From positions 1 to 63,152 of the forward strand of contig CAWUWF010000020.1 of NCBI GenBank assembly GCA_963925935.1: a stretch of DNA of 63,152 nucleotides, read 5' to 3'. The stretch comes from an uncultured Arenicella sp. (GTDB lineage Bacteria > Pseudomonadota > Gammaproteobacteria > Arenicellales > Arenicellaceae). Positions 14,116 to 24,082 of the stretch are shown one piece after another. The notes beneath the pieces were generated by a model. It was not told where the DNA came from, searched no databases, and was given only the letters and a program-made list of their open reading frames with translations. The stretch's first letter is position 1. Each line of letters begins with the position of its first letter. The position numbers were made by a program, and so were the translations under genes.

Positions 14116-16101
14116 ATGAATTTTTTTCAACACCAGGAAAAGGCACGCAAGCAATCCCGATGGATCCTCTTTGCGTTCATCGGCGTCGTTTTACTGATTA
14201 TTGCTGCTATTGATCTAATTGTTATATTGGTGTTTTCTCTTCACGCGCCCTTGATCGCAGGCACTTCTGCGATCACTCACACTGGTATGGCGGCCATTCT
14301 TGATACTGGTTTTTGGTCTTCGAATGCTGGAATGCTACTCGGCACCAGCGCGACTACAGGCGGTGTGATTGGCCTGGCCAGTTTAGGCAAGATTGCTAGC
14401 CTTCGCAGCGGCGGTGGTAAGGTAGCCCGAGATATGGGTGGGGTAATGGTAACCCCAGATACTCGAGACCCCTTGCGCAGACGCCTCTACAATGTAGTGG
14501 AAGAAATATCGTTAGCGTCTGGCGCCCCTGTTCCGGAAGTTTATGTGATGGAGAACGAGCCGGGAATTAATGCTTTTGCTGCAGGATATACGCTGGCTGA
14601 TGCAGCAGTGGTAGTGACTCAAGGCACACTGGAAAAGCTCAGCCGAGCCGAGCTGCAAGGTGTTATTGCGCATGAGTTTAGCCATATATTTAATGGCGAT
14701 ATGCGAATAAACATTCGCATGATGGGTGTTATTTTCGGAATCATGGTAATAGCGATAGTAGGTCGAAAGTTTTTACACGGTAGCCGCTACCGAATTTCAT
14801 CATCGAAAAACAATAGTGCTTTAGCAATTATCCTAATCGGCCTTGCAATAACCGCAATTGGCTACATTGGGCTTTTCTTCGCGCGTTGGATGAAATCCGC
14901 GTTGTCACGACAAAGAGAATACCTCGCGGATGCTTCGGCAGTTCAGTTTACTCGTGACCCGGATGGAATCGCCGGCGCATTGAAAAAAATAGCAGCCTTT
15001 AACCATTCATCCTATCTAAAGGCGGATGGAGAAGAAGTTAGTCATATGCTGTTTGGAAGAGCTGCTCGGTCTCTGATGTTCGATACTCACCCGCCACTAG
15101 AGAAACGTATATCTCGTATTGAGCGAAGCTTTGACGTGGGAGAAATTGATTCTTTAGCAAGAAAACTAAAGTCACAAGAGCAACGAGAACATGTCCAAGC
15201 AGCCTTGGCAGAACGTGAGCAAGAAAAGCAATTAGACGCTAAAAATAAAGGCGGAATGTTTGATATCAATTCTATGATTGAAGATATCGGTAATCCTGAG
15301 TTTGAAAGAATATTAGCGGCCGCAGTGCTATCAGCCAATATTCCCAGCGGTCTGAGTGCAGCCGCGCATAGCCTGGAGTGGGCCCGAGAAGTATTGTTTT
15401 TTTGCCTATTAGATAGTGATGAAGCGATACGCGATAAACAATTAATGTTGATCGTCCAGCAGATGGGTGATATTAGTGAGAAGAAATTGAATCATTTGAT
15501 TTCATCCAACCCTAGACTTCAGGCCGAACAACGGTTGCCGTTATTGGAAATTAGTTTTCCGACATTAAAGCGACGTCCAATCGCAGACATCGAAAAAATA
15601 CTAAATACGATAAACCATTTGGTGATGATCGATAACAAAGTAGATTCATTTGAGTATTTATTGTCTCGCATGGTGAGCAAATACCTATTCGAGTCTAAGA
15701 GCCCAAGTCAGATAAAGATGTATGGCAGCAAGAAGCTTAGCAATTGCGCTCAAGAACTGTCGGTAGTGGTATCTACTCTGGCTTCTCACGGTCGCCAAAC
15801 GGGTAGCGCCGCGGATTTGCAGGACGCACAAAAAGCCTATCGTGCCGGCATGGAGTCAATTGGCATTAACCACACCAATATCAATTTTACCAGTGATTGG
15901 CAAAGGGGCTTGGATAAAGCATTAACTGTTCTGGATAAACTAAACCCAAAGGATAAAAGTAACGTAGTTTCAGCTTTAGCCGTTACAGTGCTTGATGACG
16001 GTCAATTAATTACCGAAGAGCATGAAATGCTTAGGGCGATTTGTTCACTATTACACGTTCCTTTGCCGATATTAAGTAAGGCTGAGCTAAGTCCTGTTTG
16101 A
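14116..16101 (+). CDS. M48 family (HtpX-like) membrane zinc metallopeptidase with a long C-terminal extension
   Basis: INAFAAG, HEFSH zinc motif, SRQREYLADASAVQFTR and THPPL; the usual partner of lemA. Confidence 0.92.
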   Translation: MNFFQHQEKARKQSRWILFAFIGVVLLIIAAIDLIVILVFSLHAPLIAGTSAITHTGMAAILDTGFWSSNAGMLLGTSATTGGVIGLASLGKIASLRSGGGKVARDMGGVMVTPDTRDPLRRRLYNVVEEISLASGAPVPEVYVMENEPGINAFAAGYTLADAAVVVTQGTLEKLSRAELQGVIAHEFSHIFNGDMRINIRMMGVIFGIMVIAIVGRKFLHGSRYRISSSKNNSALAIILIGLAITAIGYIGLFFARWMKSALSRQREYLADASAVQFTRDPDGIAGALKKIAAFNHSSYLKADGEEVSHMLFGRAARSLMFDTHPPLEKRISRIERSFDVGEIDSLARKLKSQEQREHVQAALAEREQEKQLDAKNKGGMFDINSMIEDIGNPEFERILAAAVLSANIPSGLSAAAHSLEWAREVLFFCLLDSDEAIRDKQLMLIVQQMGDISEKKLNHLISSNPRLQAEQRLPLLEISFPTLKRRPIADIEKILNTINHLVMIDNKVDSFEYLLSRMVSKYLFESKSPSQIKMYGSKKLSNCAQELSVVVSTLASHGRQTGSAADLQDAQKAYRAGMESIGINHTNINFTSDWQRGLDKALTVLDKLNPKDKSNVVSALAVTVLDDGQLITEEHEMLRAICSLLHVPLPILSKAELSPV

Positions 16102-16418
16102 CATAGGCCCCTTTGGAAAATGTTCTTCTAGTTTGCACCCATAGCCAAGTATCTACCAGAATCAGTTGCCAACTAGCAAGGCTAGCAAATTCGCTGCCCC
16201 TGCTAATTAATGTTGTTTGTCTTTGATGAAAACAACTTAGCCGATAAGCTTCCAGCTTCCTTCGCTTTGCCGGTCATTATTTGGGATTGGCCATCTATCT
16301 CAAGGGTCTGCCTAAAATCTATACCAGGACGCGAGTTTTCATTATAGGTATGAGTTAGCGTATGGTTGCTTCCGTCTGGATCGCACCATGAAGTTGTTTG
16401 GCCAACTCGATAGGCCAC

Positions 16419-16445
16419 AAAAAAGGCCAGCTAAAAGCTGACCTT
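16419..16445 (-). terminator. Rho-independent terminator of hppA
   Basis: Minus strand AAGGTCAGCT-TTT-AGCTGGCCTT followed by a T run, 23 nt after the hppA stop. Confidence 0.8.
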
Positions 16446-16468
16446 CTCATTTGAAAACGAAAAGACGT

Positions 16469-18478
16469 TTAGCTAAGTAAAGGTGCAATAACCAAACTGA
16501 CAATCGCCATTACGTTAATCAAAATATTCATGGAAGGACCAGACGTATCCTTAAATGGGTCGCCAACGGTGTCACCGACAACAACCGCGGCATGAGTGAC
16601 AGACCCTTTGCCGCCATGATTGCCTCGCTCGACGTATTTTTTGGCATTGTCCCAAGCACCACCAGCATTGGCCATTGTGATGGCAAGTAAAACACAGCCC
16701 AGTAAAGCGCCGCCTAACATACCGCCCAGCGCTTGTGCGCTGATACCAAAACCCACGACCGCGGGAGCCGATACTGCTAACACACCAGGCAGAATCATCT
16801 TCTTCAGTGCCGCGGTGGTGGCAATGTCAACACAACGAGCCGTGTCTGGTTCAGCGGTGCCTTCCAATAATCCAGGAATCTCCTTAAATTGACGGCGCAC
16901 CTCTTTGATCATGTCGAAGGCTGCTTCGCCCACCGCTTTCATGGTAAGACTGCTAACCAAAAATGGAAAGATACCACCAATGAACATGCCCACCAGCACT
17001 TCTGGATTGTTGATCTCGAGACTAAAACCTTCAATGTTCATTGATACGGTTTCGATAAACGCAGAGATAATTGCCAATGCCGCTAATGCCGCCGCGCCGA
17101 TTGCAAAGCCCTTGCCGATCGCCGCCGTGGTATTGCCTACTTCATCCAATGAGTCGGTAATCTTACGTGTTTCTTCACCCAAACCGGCCATTTCTGCAAT
17201 GCCGCCTGCATTATCGGCAACCGGGCCGTAGGCATCAATGGCCATGGTAATGCCGACTGTCGAGAGCATACCTACTGCGGCAATTCCCACGCCATAAAGT
17301 CCTGCAAACTCACTCGAAAAGTAAATGATTCCGCAAAGTGTTAATACCGGAATAACCACAGACTCCATGCCGATCGCTAAGCCAGCAATCATTACGGTCG
17401 CCGCGCCAGTTTCACCGGCTGCAGCGATGGTGCGAATAGGCTTGCCTGCGGTGTAGTACTCAGTGACAAGGCCAATAATGATACCGCCGACTGAGCCGAT
17501 TACTACCGACCACCAAACTCCGGTAGAAATACCGAATTTTTGTACTAGGAAATAAGACGCGATAATAAATAGGACTGACGTGCCCATGGTGCCGGTGCGT
17601 AGTGCAGTTTCAGGCGCCTGAGCGCTGAGCATTTTGATAACCACAATACCAACGATGGAACACAACAAGCCAATTGAAGATAAGGCTAACGGCAATGCCA
17701 TTAGTGCTTGTTGATCGCCGCCCAATTGAATAAGCGTAGCGCCGGTTAGGGTAGCGGCAATCGCGATTGTAGCAATCATCGACCCACAATAAGATTCAAA
17801 GATATCGGAGCCCATACCCGCAACGTCACCAACATTGTCGCCGACGTTATCGGCAATAACCGCGGGGTTGCGTGGATCATCTTCCGGAATGCCTGCTTCA
17901 AGTTTACCAACTAAGTCTGCACCAACGTCTGCGCTCTTGGTAAAAATACCACCGCCGACACGAGAAAATAATGCGACTACCGATGCGCCCATACCGAATC
18001 CGTGAATGGTGTGCGTGCTTTCTGGGTTGCCACCATAAATGTAGTAGAGTGTGCCGAGACCCAACAAGCCCATCGAAGCGACGGTCAAGCCCATAACCGA
18101 ACCGCCATAAAAGGCAGTGGTTAATGCTGCTGAAGCACCTTTTTCATGTGCAGCCATTGTTGTTCGGGTGTTCGCTTTGGTGGCGGTAAACATGCCGATG
18201 TAACCAGCAAATGCAGAACAAAAAGCACCCAATAAAAAGGCGTACATTGTGTGTAGGCCGAGACCGGAAATAGCGATAAGAATTGCTAGCACGGCTAAAA
18301 AGGCAATCATAATGGAGTATTCACGACGCATAAACGCCATTGCACCTATATGGATTTGATTGCCGATACTGGCGACTTTTTCGTTCGAGACGGTTTGTTT
18401 GGCAATAACGCCGTAGATCACGAACGCAATAACGAGACCTAAAAGCCCCAATAATACTGGCACTGCTTGTAAAGACAT
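16469..18478 (-). CDS. hppA: Membrane-bound ion-translocating pyrophosphatase, K+-dependent and probably Na+-pumping
   Basis: [39 protein letters not shown] and [20 protein letters not shown] carries the K+-dependent Ala and DIFESY has Glu at the Na+-PPase position. ATG 18478 follows a GGAGG RBS (18486-18490). Confidence 0.95.
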   Translation of the reverse strand: MSLQAVPVLLGLLGLVIAFVIYGVIAKQTVSNEKVASIGNQIHIGAMAFMRREYSIMIAFLAVLAILIAISGLGLHTMYAFLLGAFCSAFAGYIGMFTATKANTRTTMAAHEKGASAALTTAFYGGSVMGLTVASMGLLGLGTLYYIYGGNPESTHTIHGFGMGASVVALFSRVGGGIFTKSADVGADLVGKLEAGIPEDDPRNPAVIADNVGDNVGDVAGMGSDIFESYCGSMIATIAIAATLTGATLIQLGGDQQALMALPLALSSIGLLCSIVGIVVIKMLSAQAPETALRTGTMGTSVLFIIASYFLVQKFGISTGVWWSVVIGSVGGIIIGLVTEYYTAGKPIRTIAAAGETGAATVMIAGLAIGMESVVIPVLTLCGIIYFSSEFAGLYGVGIAAVGMLSTVGITMAIDAYGPVADNAGGIAEMAGLGEETRKITDSLDEVGNTTAAIGKGFAIGAAALAALAIISAFIETVSMNIEGFSLEINNPEVLVGMFIGGIFPFLVSSLTMKAVGEAAFDMIKEVRRQFKEIPGLLEGTAEPDTARCVDIATTAALKKMILPGVLAVSAPAVVGFGISAQALGGMLGGALLGCVLLAITMANAGGAWDNAKKYVERGNHGGKGSVTHAAVVVGDTVGDPFKDTSGPSMNILINVMAIVSLVIAPLLS

Positions 18479-18839
18479 AGTGTGTCCTCCGATGGTTTTA
18501 TAAGCCACGCGATTGATCACAACAAACTTGGGTTAGTAATCTGGCTCACACCAGGCCTTTTTGCTCTTTCGATGACTTAGCCAAGCCCCACTGAAGTGAA
18601 TCAGGGAAAAGGCTAGTCGAAGAATCTATCGCTACCGCCTCTTCCTAAATTCATTGGAGGGGCTACGAAAAACAGAAAAGCTTACTTCACAAACAAATAA
18701 TGTTGGTCCAGCCTCGCAGTAAATAAAGGAATTATAATTATAGTTTTAGTGTTTATTAAACTGTTTTAGACAGCTGAATCAGTATAATACAGCCAAATTT
18801 TCATGACTAGTTTTAAGACTAGATAGTCGGAGCATTCCC

Positions 18840-19376
18840 ATGTCATTAAACAACGTAGGCCCAGGTAATTCACTGCCAGATGATGTTAACGTAGTCGTAG
18901 AAATACCTCGTTACGGCGACCCAATCAAGTATGAAGTAGATAAAGAGACTGGCGCCATGTTTGTCGATCGCTTTATGTCTACCGCCATGCATTATCCTTG
19001 TAACTATGGCTATATTCCGCAGACTCTATCGGATGATGGTGATCCGGCCGATGTGCTAGTTTTGGCGCCGTTTCCATTGGTGACTGGTTCGGTGGTGCGT
19101 TGCCGCCCTATTGGTGTATTGAATATGGACGACGAGGCGGGCGGCGATGCCAAAATCCTTGCTGTGCCGATTGAAAAGCTCACAAAATTCTATAACAACG
19201 TATCTACCTTTCGTGATGTACAGCAAGAAATGCTCGATAAAATTTCGCATTTCTTTGAGCATTATAAAGATCTCGAACAAGGTAAGTGGGTTAAGGTTGA
19301 AGGATGGGCAGGTAAAGAAGAAGCCCGTCAAGAGATAATCGATTCAGCTGAGCGTTATCAGCAAAGCATTAAATAG
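18840..19376 (+). CDS. ppa: Soluble inorganic pyrophosphatase, family I
   Basis: [21 protein letters not shown] and FFEHYKDLE. Confidence 0.98.
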   Translation: MSLNNVGPGNSLPDDVNVVVEIPRYGDPIKYEVDKETGAMFVDRFMSTAMHYPCNYGYIPQTLSDDGDPADVLVLAPFPLVTGSVVRCRPIGVLNMDDEAGGDAKILAVPIEKLTKFYNNVSTFRDVQQEMLDKISHFFEHYKDLEQGKWVKVEGWAGKEEARQEIIDSAERYQQSIK

Positions 19377-19396
19377 AATTTTTGAGTTCTATTTCT

Positions 19397-19423
19397 AAGC
19401 CCGAGCATGTCTCGGGCTTTTTT
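19397..19423 (+). terminator. Rho-independent terminator of ppa
   Basis: AAGCCCGAG-CATGT-CTCGGGCTT followed by a T-tract. Confidence 0.85.
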
Positions 19424-19538
19424 ATGGCTGCGGTAATGAAACAAGCTGTGATCAAGATTTACTTGAGAATACCTCGCGCCTGTAGTCAAATAAGGTTATA
19501 AAACAGCTCAATCTCTAAACTAATAATAACAATCCCCT

Positions 19539-20069
19539 TTGGCTATTAAACCCACTATCTATAAGTTACGAATTGGACTCTCTGATCTTGAGCGTAATTA
19601 CTACGACACGCTTCGATTAACGGTGGCCTTACATCCGTCTGAAACGCCCGAAAGAATGATGGCGCGGGTAATGGCTTATTGCATCAACGCTCAAGAGGGT
19701 TTGGTTTTCACTAAAGGCTTGAGTGAAGTTGAAGAGCCTGATCTATGGGTGCGCACCATGGATGATAAGACCGCGCTGTGGATCGATGTTGGCGAGCCAG
19801 CGCCAGAGCGTATAAAGAAATCATCTCGCAAAGCAGATCAGGTCAGAGTCTATAGTTTTAATTCGAAGTCCGATGTTTGGTGGCAACAAGGCCGGAACAA
19901 GTTTGCCCTACACGATGTATCTATTTATCGGCTGGCGCATGAAAAAATAACTGAATTGGCAAATATGCTTGAACGGACTATGGATATGTCCGTGACCATT
20001 ACCGGTGAGTCCGCTTATGTGACGACTGGTTTAGGAGAGTTAGAGGTAACCTGGGAAACCCTTCAATAG
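19539..20069 (+). CDS. yaeQ: YaeQ family protein
   Basis: MAIKPTIYK, ALHPSETPERMMAR, FTKGLS..EEPDLW and WIDVGEP; TTG start. Confidence 0.92.
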   Translation: MAIKPTIYKLRIGLSDLERNYYDTLRLTVALHPSETPERMMARVMAYCINAQEGLVFTKGLSEVEEPDLWVRTMDDKTALWIDVGEPAPERIKKSSRKADQVRVYSFNSKSDVWWQQGRNKFALHDVSIYRLAHEKITELANMLERTMDMSVTITGESAYVTTGLGELEVTWETLQ

Positions 20070-20106
20070 GGCAATAAATCCTTGAATAGAGGGGTCTGAT
20101 TTGGGC

Positions 20107-21003
20107 CTATTTTTTCTTCGCACGCGGGTGTGCATCATCGTAAACCTGGGCCAGATGTTGAAAGTCCAAATGTGTGTAAATCTGCGTTGTGCTGATATTC
20201 GAATGCCCCAGTAATTCTTGTACTGAACGCAACTCACCACTGGATTCTAATAAATGACTCGCAAAGGAGTGTCGCAACATGTGTGGGCTAACAGGGATCT
20301 CTATACCCTGTCGAGCACCCCACATTTTCACCCGCTGTTGAATTGTCCGCGGCCGAATACGGGTCCCATTTTGACTGATAAAGACAGCTTCAAAATCCTT
20401 TAGGGGCAGCTCATTGCGCTGTAGCATCCAAGCCCGAATTGCTTGGTCCGCCATTCTTCCTAAGGGAAGGTCGCGTGTCTTATTGCCCTTGCCGGTGACT
20501 CTTAGCATGCCGTCAGGAAGATTCAAATCATTCAGATTAAGATTACATAGCTCCGTTAGGCGCAATCCAGAGGAGTAAAACAATTCCATTATTGCCTTAT
20601 CTCGATAGCTCAATGGGTCATCTACTTCTATTTCAACCAAGGACGTAATCTGATCAACGCTCAGTGTTTTAGGTAGACGCCTTTGTGCTTTTGGCGCTCG
20701 CACATCGTCAAACGGATTGTTTTGGATTTGTCGCACCCGAATTAAATACTGGCAGAGCCCCCGGCCTGCCGATAAGGTGCGCTGAATACTTTTCGGGTTC
20801 AAGCCTGTGGCGTGCATATTGGCAGAGAATTGGCGCACCACATGGCTGTTTAAGCCCTGCCAAAGAATTAAACTTCTAGCATCACAAAAAGTGAGCAGTT
20901 TTTCGAAATCCCGTTGATAGGCCTTTAAGGTATGCTTTGAAAGTTGCCGCTCTACCCTTAATATCTCTAGGTATTTTTCAATATCTGTATGTATTGATTG
21001 CAC
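20107..21003 (-). CDS. xerC: Tyrosine recombinase XerC
   Basis: YSSGLRLTEL, GKGNKTR, PHMLRHSFASHLL, LLGH and TTQIYTHLDFQHLAQVYDDAHPRAKK; downstream of dapF-yigA. Confidence 0.96.
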   Translation of the reverse strand: MQSIHTDIEKYLEILRVERQLSKHTLKAYQRDFEKLLTFCDARSLILWQGLNSHVVRQFSANMHATGLNPKSIQRTLSAGRGLCQYLIRVRQIQNNPFDDVRAPKAQRRLPKTLSVDQITSLVEIEVDDPLSYRDKAIMELFYSSGLRLTELCNLNLNDLNLPDGMLRVTGKGNKTRDLPLGRMADQAIRAWMLQRNELPLKDFEAVFISQNGTRIRPRTIQQRVKMWGARQGIEIPVSPHMLRHSFASHLLESSGELRSVQELLGHSNISTTQIYTHLDFQHLAQVYDDAHPRAKKK

Positions 21004-21029
21004 AATATTATGACTTTATATTGACTAAG

Positions 21030-21698
21030 CTAGATCGCTGGTTGAAGCCGAGCGAGGCATGTTCCAGCCATTAAGCCTAAGCGATTCAGGTGGGCTGTCC
21101 CTAACTCATTTGTATAGCGTTTTGGGTCGCTAGACCCCAGCGCCAAGATACCTATAACATCACCATCTTGGGTAGATTTCATTGGCACAAGTGCGGCTGA
21201 TTTCACTTGGTCGGAAAAAAACAAGGCCATGATATTGCTAGGCCAACGATCGTCGCACACAGCTTCGTTGTTGCTCAGTCTACGTGCCGCGTCTTCGTAA
21301 CCTATATTTTCATTGGGGCGTCGGCTCGCCGCTTGGCCAGTTTTAAATGCGACCTCATCAATTTCAAAAGTCTGACGTAGGGCTTTTGGGAACCCGCTAG
21401 CGAACTCCGATAAGTTACTAAAGCCGATCAGTTGGCAGATAATCCGTGAAAAACTATCGCTTATTTGTTCGTTTTCGCGGGCTACTTCAATAAATTCAAA
21501 CTGCTGTGATTGAAAGCTAGCCAACCTGGCTTTAAATGCAGACACTTGTCTCTCGAGCAGCGATGCTGCGCCTCGATCGTCTGATAAATCCAGTAGCTCA
21601 AGTAGTTCAGGATGGCGACTAAAGATATCTCCATTATCCCGTAAAAAATCGACTAGCTCTTCTTTAACCATGGTTTCTACTAATTTTTCTTGTGTCAC
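21030..21698 (-). CDS. yigA: DUF484 (YigA-like) protein
   Basis: F..HPELL, SLLERQV and GILALGSSDPKRY; conserved position between dapF and xerC. Confidence 0.88.
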   Translation of the reverse strand: MTQEKLVETMVKEELVDFLRDNGDIFSRHPELLELLDLSDDRGAASLLERQVSAFKARLASFQSQQFEFIEVARENEQISDSFSRIICQLIGFSNLSEFASGFPKALRQTFEIDEVAFKTGQAASRRPNENIGYEDAARRLSNNEAVCDDRWPSNIMALFFSDQVKSAALVPMKSTQDGDVIGILALGSSDPKRYTNELGTAHLNRLGLMAGTCLARLQPAI

Positions 21699-21729
21699 TT
21701 AATGTCCCTTATTTTTTTATTATGAGTTC

Positions 21730-22563
21730 TTAGAGTTCAAATTCACCGCTAAATACCGTTTGCGTTGGGCCTTTCATGATAAGAGAATTTTGGCCACCGC
21801 GCCAGCTTATGCTTAAGTCTCCGCCGGGTAGCTGAACACAAACAGTTTGATCTAGATCCCCGCAGGCAATGCCGGTAGCCACTGCGGCACATGCACCGGT
21901 ACCGCAGGCGATTGTTTCACCAACCCCACGTTCAAAAACCCTCAAGCGAATATTTCTGCGATCTAAAATTTGCATGAACCCGATATTTGCACGTTTTGGG
22001 AAAAATGGGTGTGTTTCCAAGGCAGCCCCTAAAGACTGGAGTTTGGCTGTATCCACATCCGCCACTCTAATAACCGCATGCGGGTTACCCATTGAAACAG
22101 CCGAAAACGTCACGGGTTCATTATCAACTAACACACTATAGATGTGGCTTTGCGACTTAGCCGTGACAGGAATCTTGCTTGGCGAAAATTCGGGTACCCC
22201 CATATCGACAATCACATCACCGCTCGCCTCGTCGACTTCTAATATGATATCGCCACCTAAGGTTTCTACCTTGATCCTAGACTTATCGCTCAGGCCCTTA
22301 TCTCTGACAAACACGGCAAAACATCTTGCCCCGTTACCGCACTGCTCAACTTCGCCACCATCGGAATTGAGAATTCGATATTTGAAATCCATTTCTGGTC
22401 GAAGCGACCGTTCAACAATCAAAATTTGGTCACAACCGATGCCAAAATGACGATCTGCGATGTTTGCCGCTTGTGCCTGCGAAATAGGGGTAACCTTATT
22501 GGTAAAATCAAATACCACGAAGTCATTACCTAGACCATGCATTTTTGTGAAAGACAGTTTCAT
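21730..22563 (-). CDS. dapF: Diaminopimelate epimerase
   Basis: KMHGLGNDF, EQCGNGARC, SMGNPH and ERGVGETIACGTGA. Confidence 0.98.
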   Translation of the reverse strand: MKLSFTKMHGLGNDFVVFDFTNKVTPISQAQAANIADRHFGIGCDQILIVERSLRPEMDFKYRILNSDGGEVEQCGNGARCFAVFVRDKGLSDKSRIKVETLGGDIILEVDEASGDVIVDMGVPEFSPSKIPVTAKSQSHIYSVLVDNEPVTFSAVSMGNPHAVIRVADVDTAKLQSLGAALETHPFFPKRANIGFMQILDRRNIRLRVFERGVGETIACGTGACAAVATGIACGDLDQTVCVQLPGGDLSISWRGGQNSLIMKGPTQTVFSGEFEL

Positions 22564-22643
22564 AGACTGTATTTAACCATATAATAGTCTTCGCGTACGA
22601 GCCTCTTGTTAACAGATTGAGCGATTAAATAGATTATCCATAA

Positions 22644-23288
22644 ATGAAATTAGATTGGTCACAAATAGATACGGTGTTGCTCGACATGGATGGCGTATTA
22701 CTAGACTTGCACTATGACAATCACTTTTGGCAACACTACGTGTTACAGGTTTATGCTAACAAGCACGACATGTCCTACAGCGATGTGAAGCGGCAGTTTG
22801 CGCCGATATTTGCAGCACACGCGGGCACCTTGAATTGGTACTGCGTGGACTTTTGGTCTGAGAAATTTGGCATAGACATCATGTTACACAAAGCGGAGAT
22901 GGCCGAAAAAATTGGGTTTAGGCCTACAGCAGAGGCTTTTTTACAGAATTGTCAGCAGCAAGTAGATGATCTAAGGCTGATTACTAATGGGCATCGAAAA
23001 GTCCTAGAATTAAAAATCGAAAAAACCAGCCTCGACCAATATTTTAAACAAATGATCTGCTCACATGAGCTTGGCGCCGCCAAAGAAAGCCAGGTGTTTT
23101 GGCAGCAACTGCATAGGTCAAAAGGCTTCGACCCAGATCGAACCTTGTTTATCGATGACAGCGAATCAGTATTAGATTCGGCGAAACGCTATGGTATAGG
23201 TCATCTGTATAGCATTGCCAAGCCGGATTCGAAAAAAGACAGAGCGACAATTAGTAAATTTCCAATGTTGGAGGTACTCCCCTCTTGA
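22644..23288 (+). CDS. yrfG: HAD-family GMP/IMP nucleotidase YrfG
   Basis: IDTVLLDMDGVLLDLHYDNHFW, GTLNWYCVDFWS and TLFIDDS. Confidence 0.9.
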   Translation: MKLDWSQIDTVLLDMDGVLLDLHYDNHFWQHYVLQVYANKHDMSYSDVKRQFAPIFAAHAGTLNWYCVDFWSEKFGIDIMLHKAEMAEKIGFRPTAEAFLQNCQQQVDDLRLITNGHRKVLELKIEKTSLDQYFKQMICSHELGAAKESQVFWQQLHRSKGFDPDRTLFIDDSESVLDSAKRYGIGHLYSIAKPDSKKDRATISKFPMLEVLPS

Positions 23289-23334
23289 GATAGGGCAGCG
23301 GCGAATGATCGCGGGCTACAATGACAAACAACTG

Positions 23335-24000
23335 TTATTCGTCGTGCCCCTGCGCTTGGTGATCAAATTTTCCATGGCTTAAAAAAAACTGTACCTGTTG
23401 AATAACGTTGGCATCCATCATCATAAATGTATGGGTTACTGGCATTACCATATGGTCTGTCATTCCGTCAACCTTGCTACTGTCTACAGACACGATGCCA
23501 TCGTGCTGGGCGCTAGTTAATTTTGTAAGCACAGGGTTGAAGCTTTTATTTCCGGCAATGACCCCTAGCTCGAAATCCACGTGTCCTAGATTAATCGGAA
23601 CGCTATCTTTGCCGGTACCGAGTTGTTGCCCAGAGGGACCATTATAGAATTCGAAAAGGATATTGTTGGCAAGAAAATCTGCTAGTTCACTTCCTTGATT
23701 TGGAGGGCCGAGCATTATAGTGCGCCCAAGATTTTCAATTTTGTGATTTTGTAAGTATTGACGAACTAAGATGCCCCCCAAGGAATGTGTGACGAAATGC
23801 ACCTTAGCGTCTTCTTCGCATTGTTCGAGCGCCCCTGAAATCGCGATTTGTGCTAATGGCTCAATCGCTAATTCCCTAGAGGGATAATCAACGTTTATAA
23901 CTGAATAGTCGGCGCTTAAGGCCTTTTCAAGTCGGCCCATCGCGCGCGCACTACGCCCCAAACCATGTAATAAAACGACGCAATCGCTATTGTCGGTCAT
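23335..24000 (-). CDS. Alpha/beta hydrolase (esterase/lipase-like)
   Basis: VLLHGL, nucleophile elbow THSLGG, LGPPNQGS, DGIVSV and HTFMM. Confidence 0.88.
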   Translation of the reverse strand: MTDNSDCVVLLHGLGRSARAMGRLEKALSADYSVINVDYPSRELAIEPLAQIAISGALEQCEEDAKVHFVTHSLGGILVRQYLQNHKIENLGRTIMLGPPNQGSELADFLANNILFEFYNGPSGQQLGTGKDSVPINLGHVDFELGVIAGNKSFNPVLTKLTSAQHDGIVSVDSSKVDGMTDHMVMPVTHTFMMMDANVIQQVQFFLSHGKFDHQAQGHDE

Positions 24001-24082
24001 TGCAATATTTGGTTTCTGGGGCAGAGCTAAAGCATTCCCAACGCTGATGACAATCCCGGGTACGCCAGCGCACAGGTCGCGC

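Noticed and set aside
20107-21003. Tyrosine recombinase as a phage or island integrase
   Set aside because: The XerC-type C-terminus and the dapF-yigA-xerC context identify a housekeeping gene.
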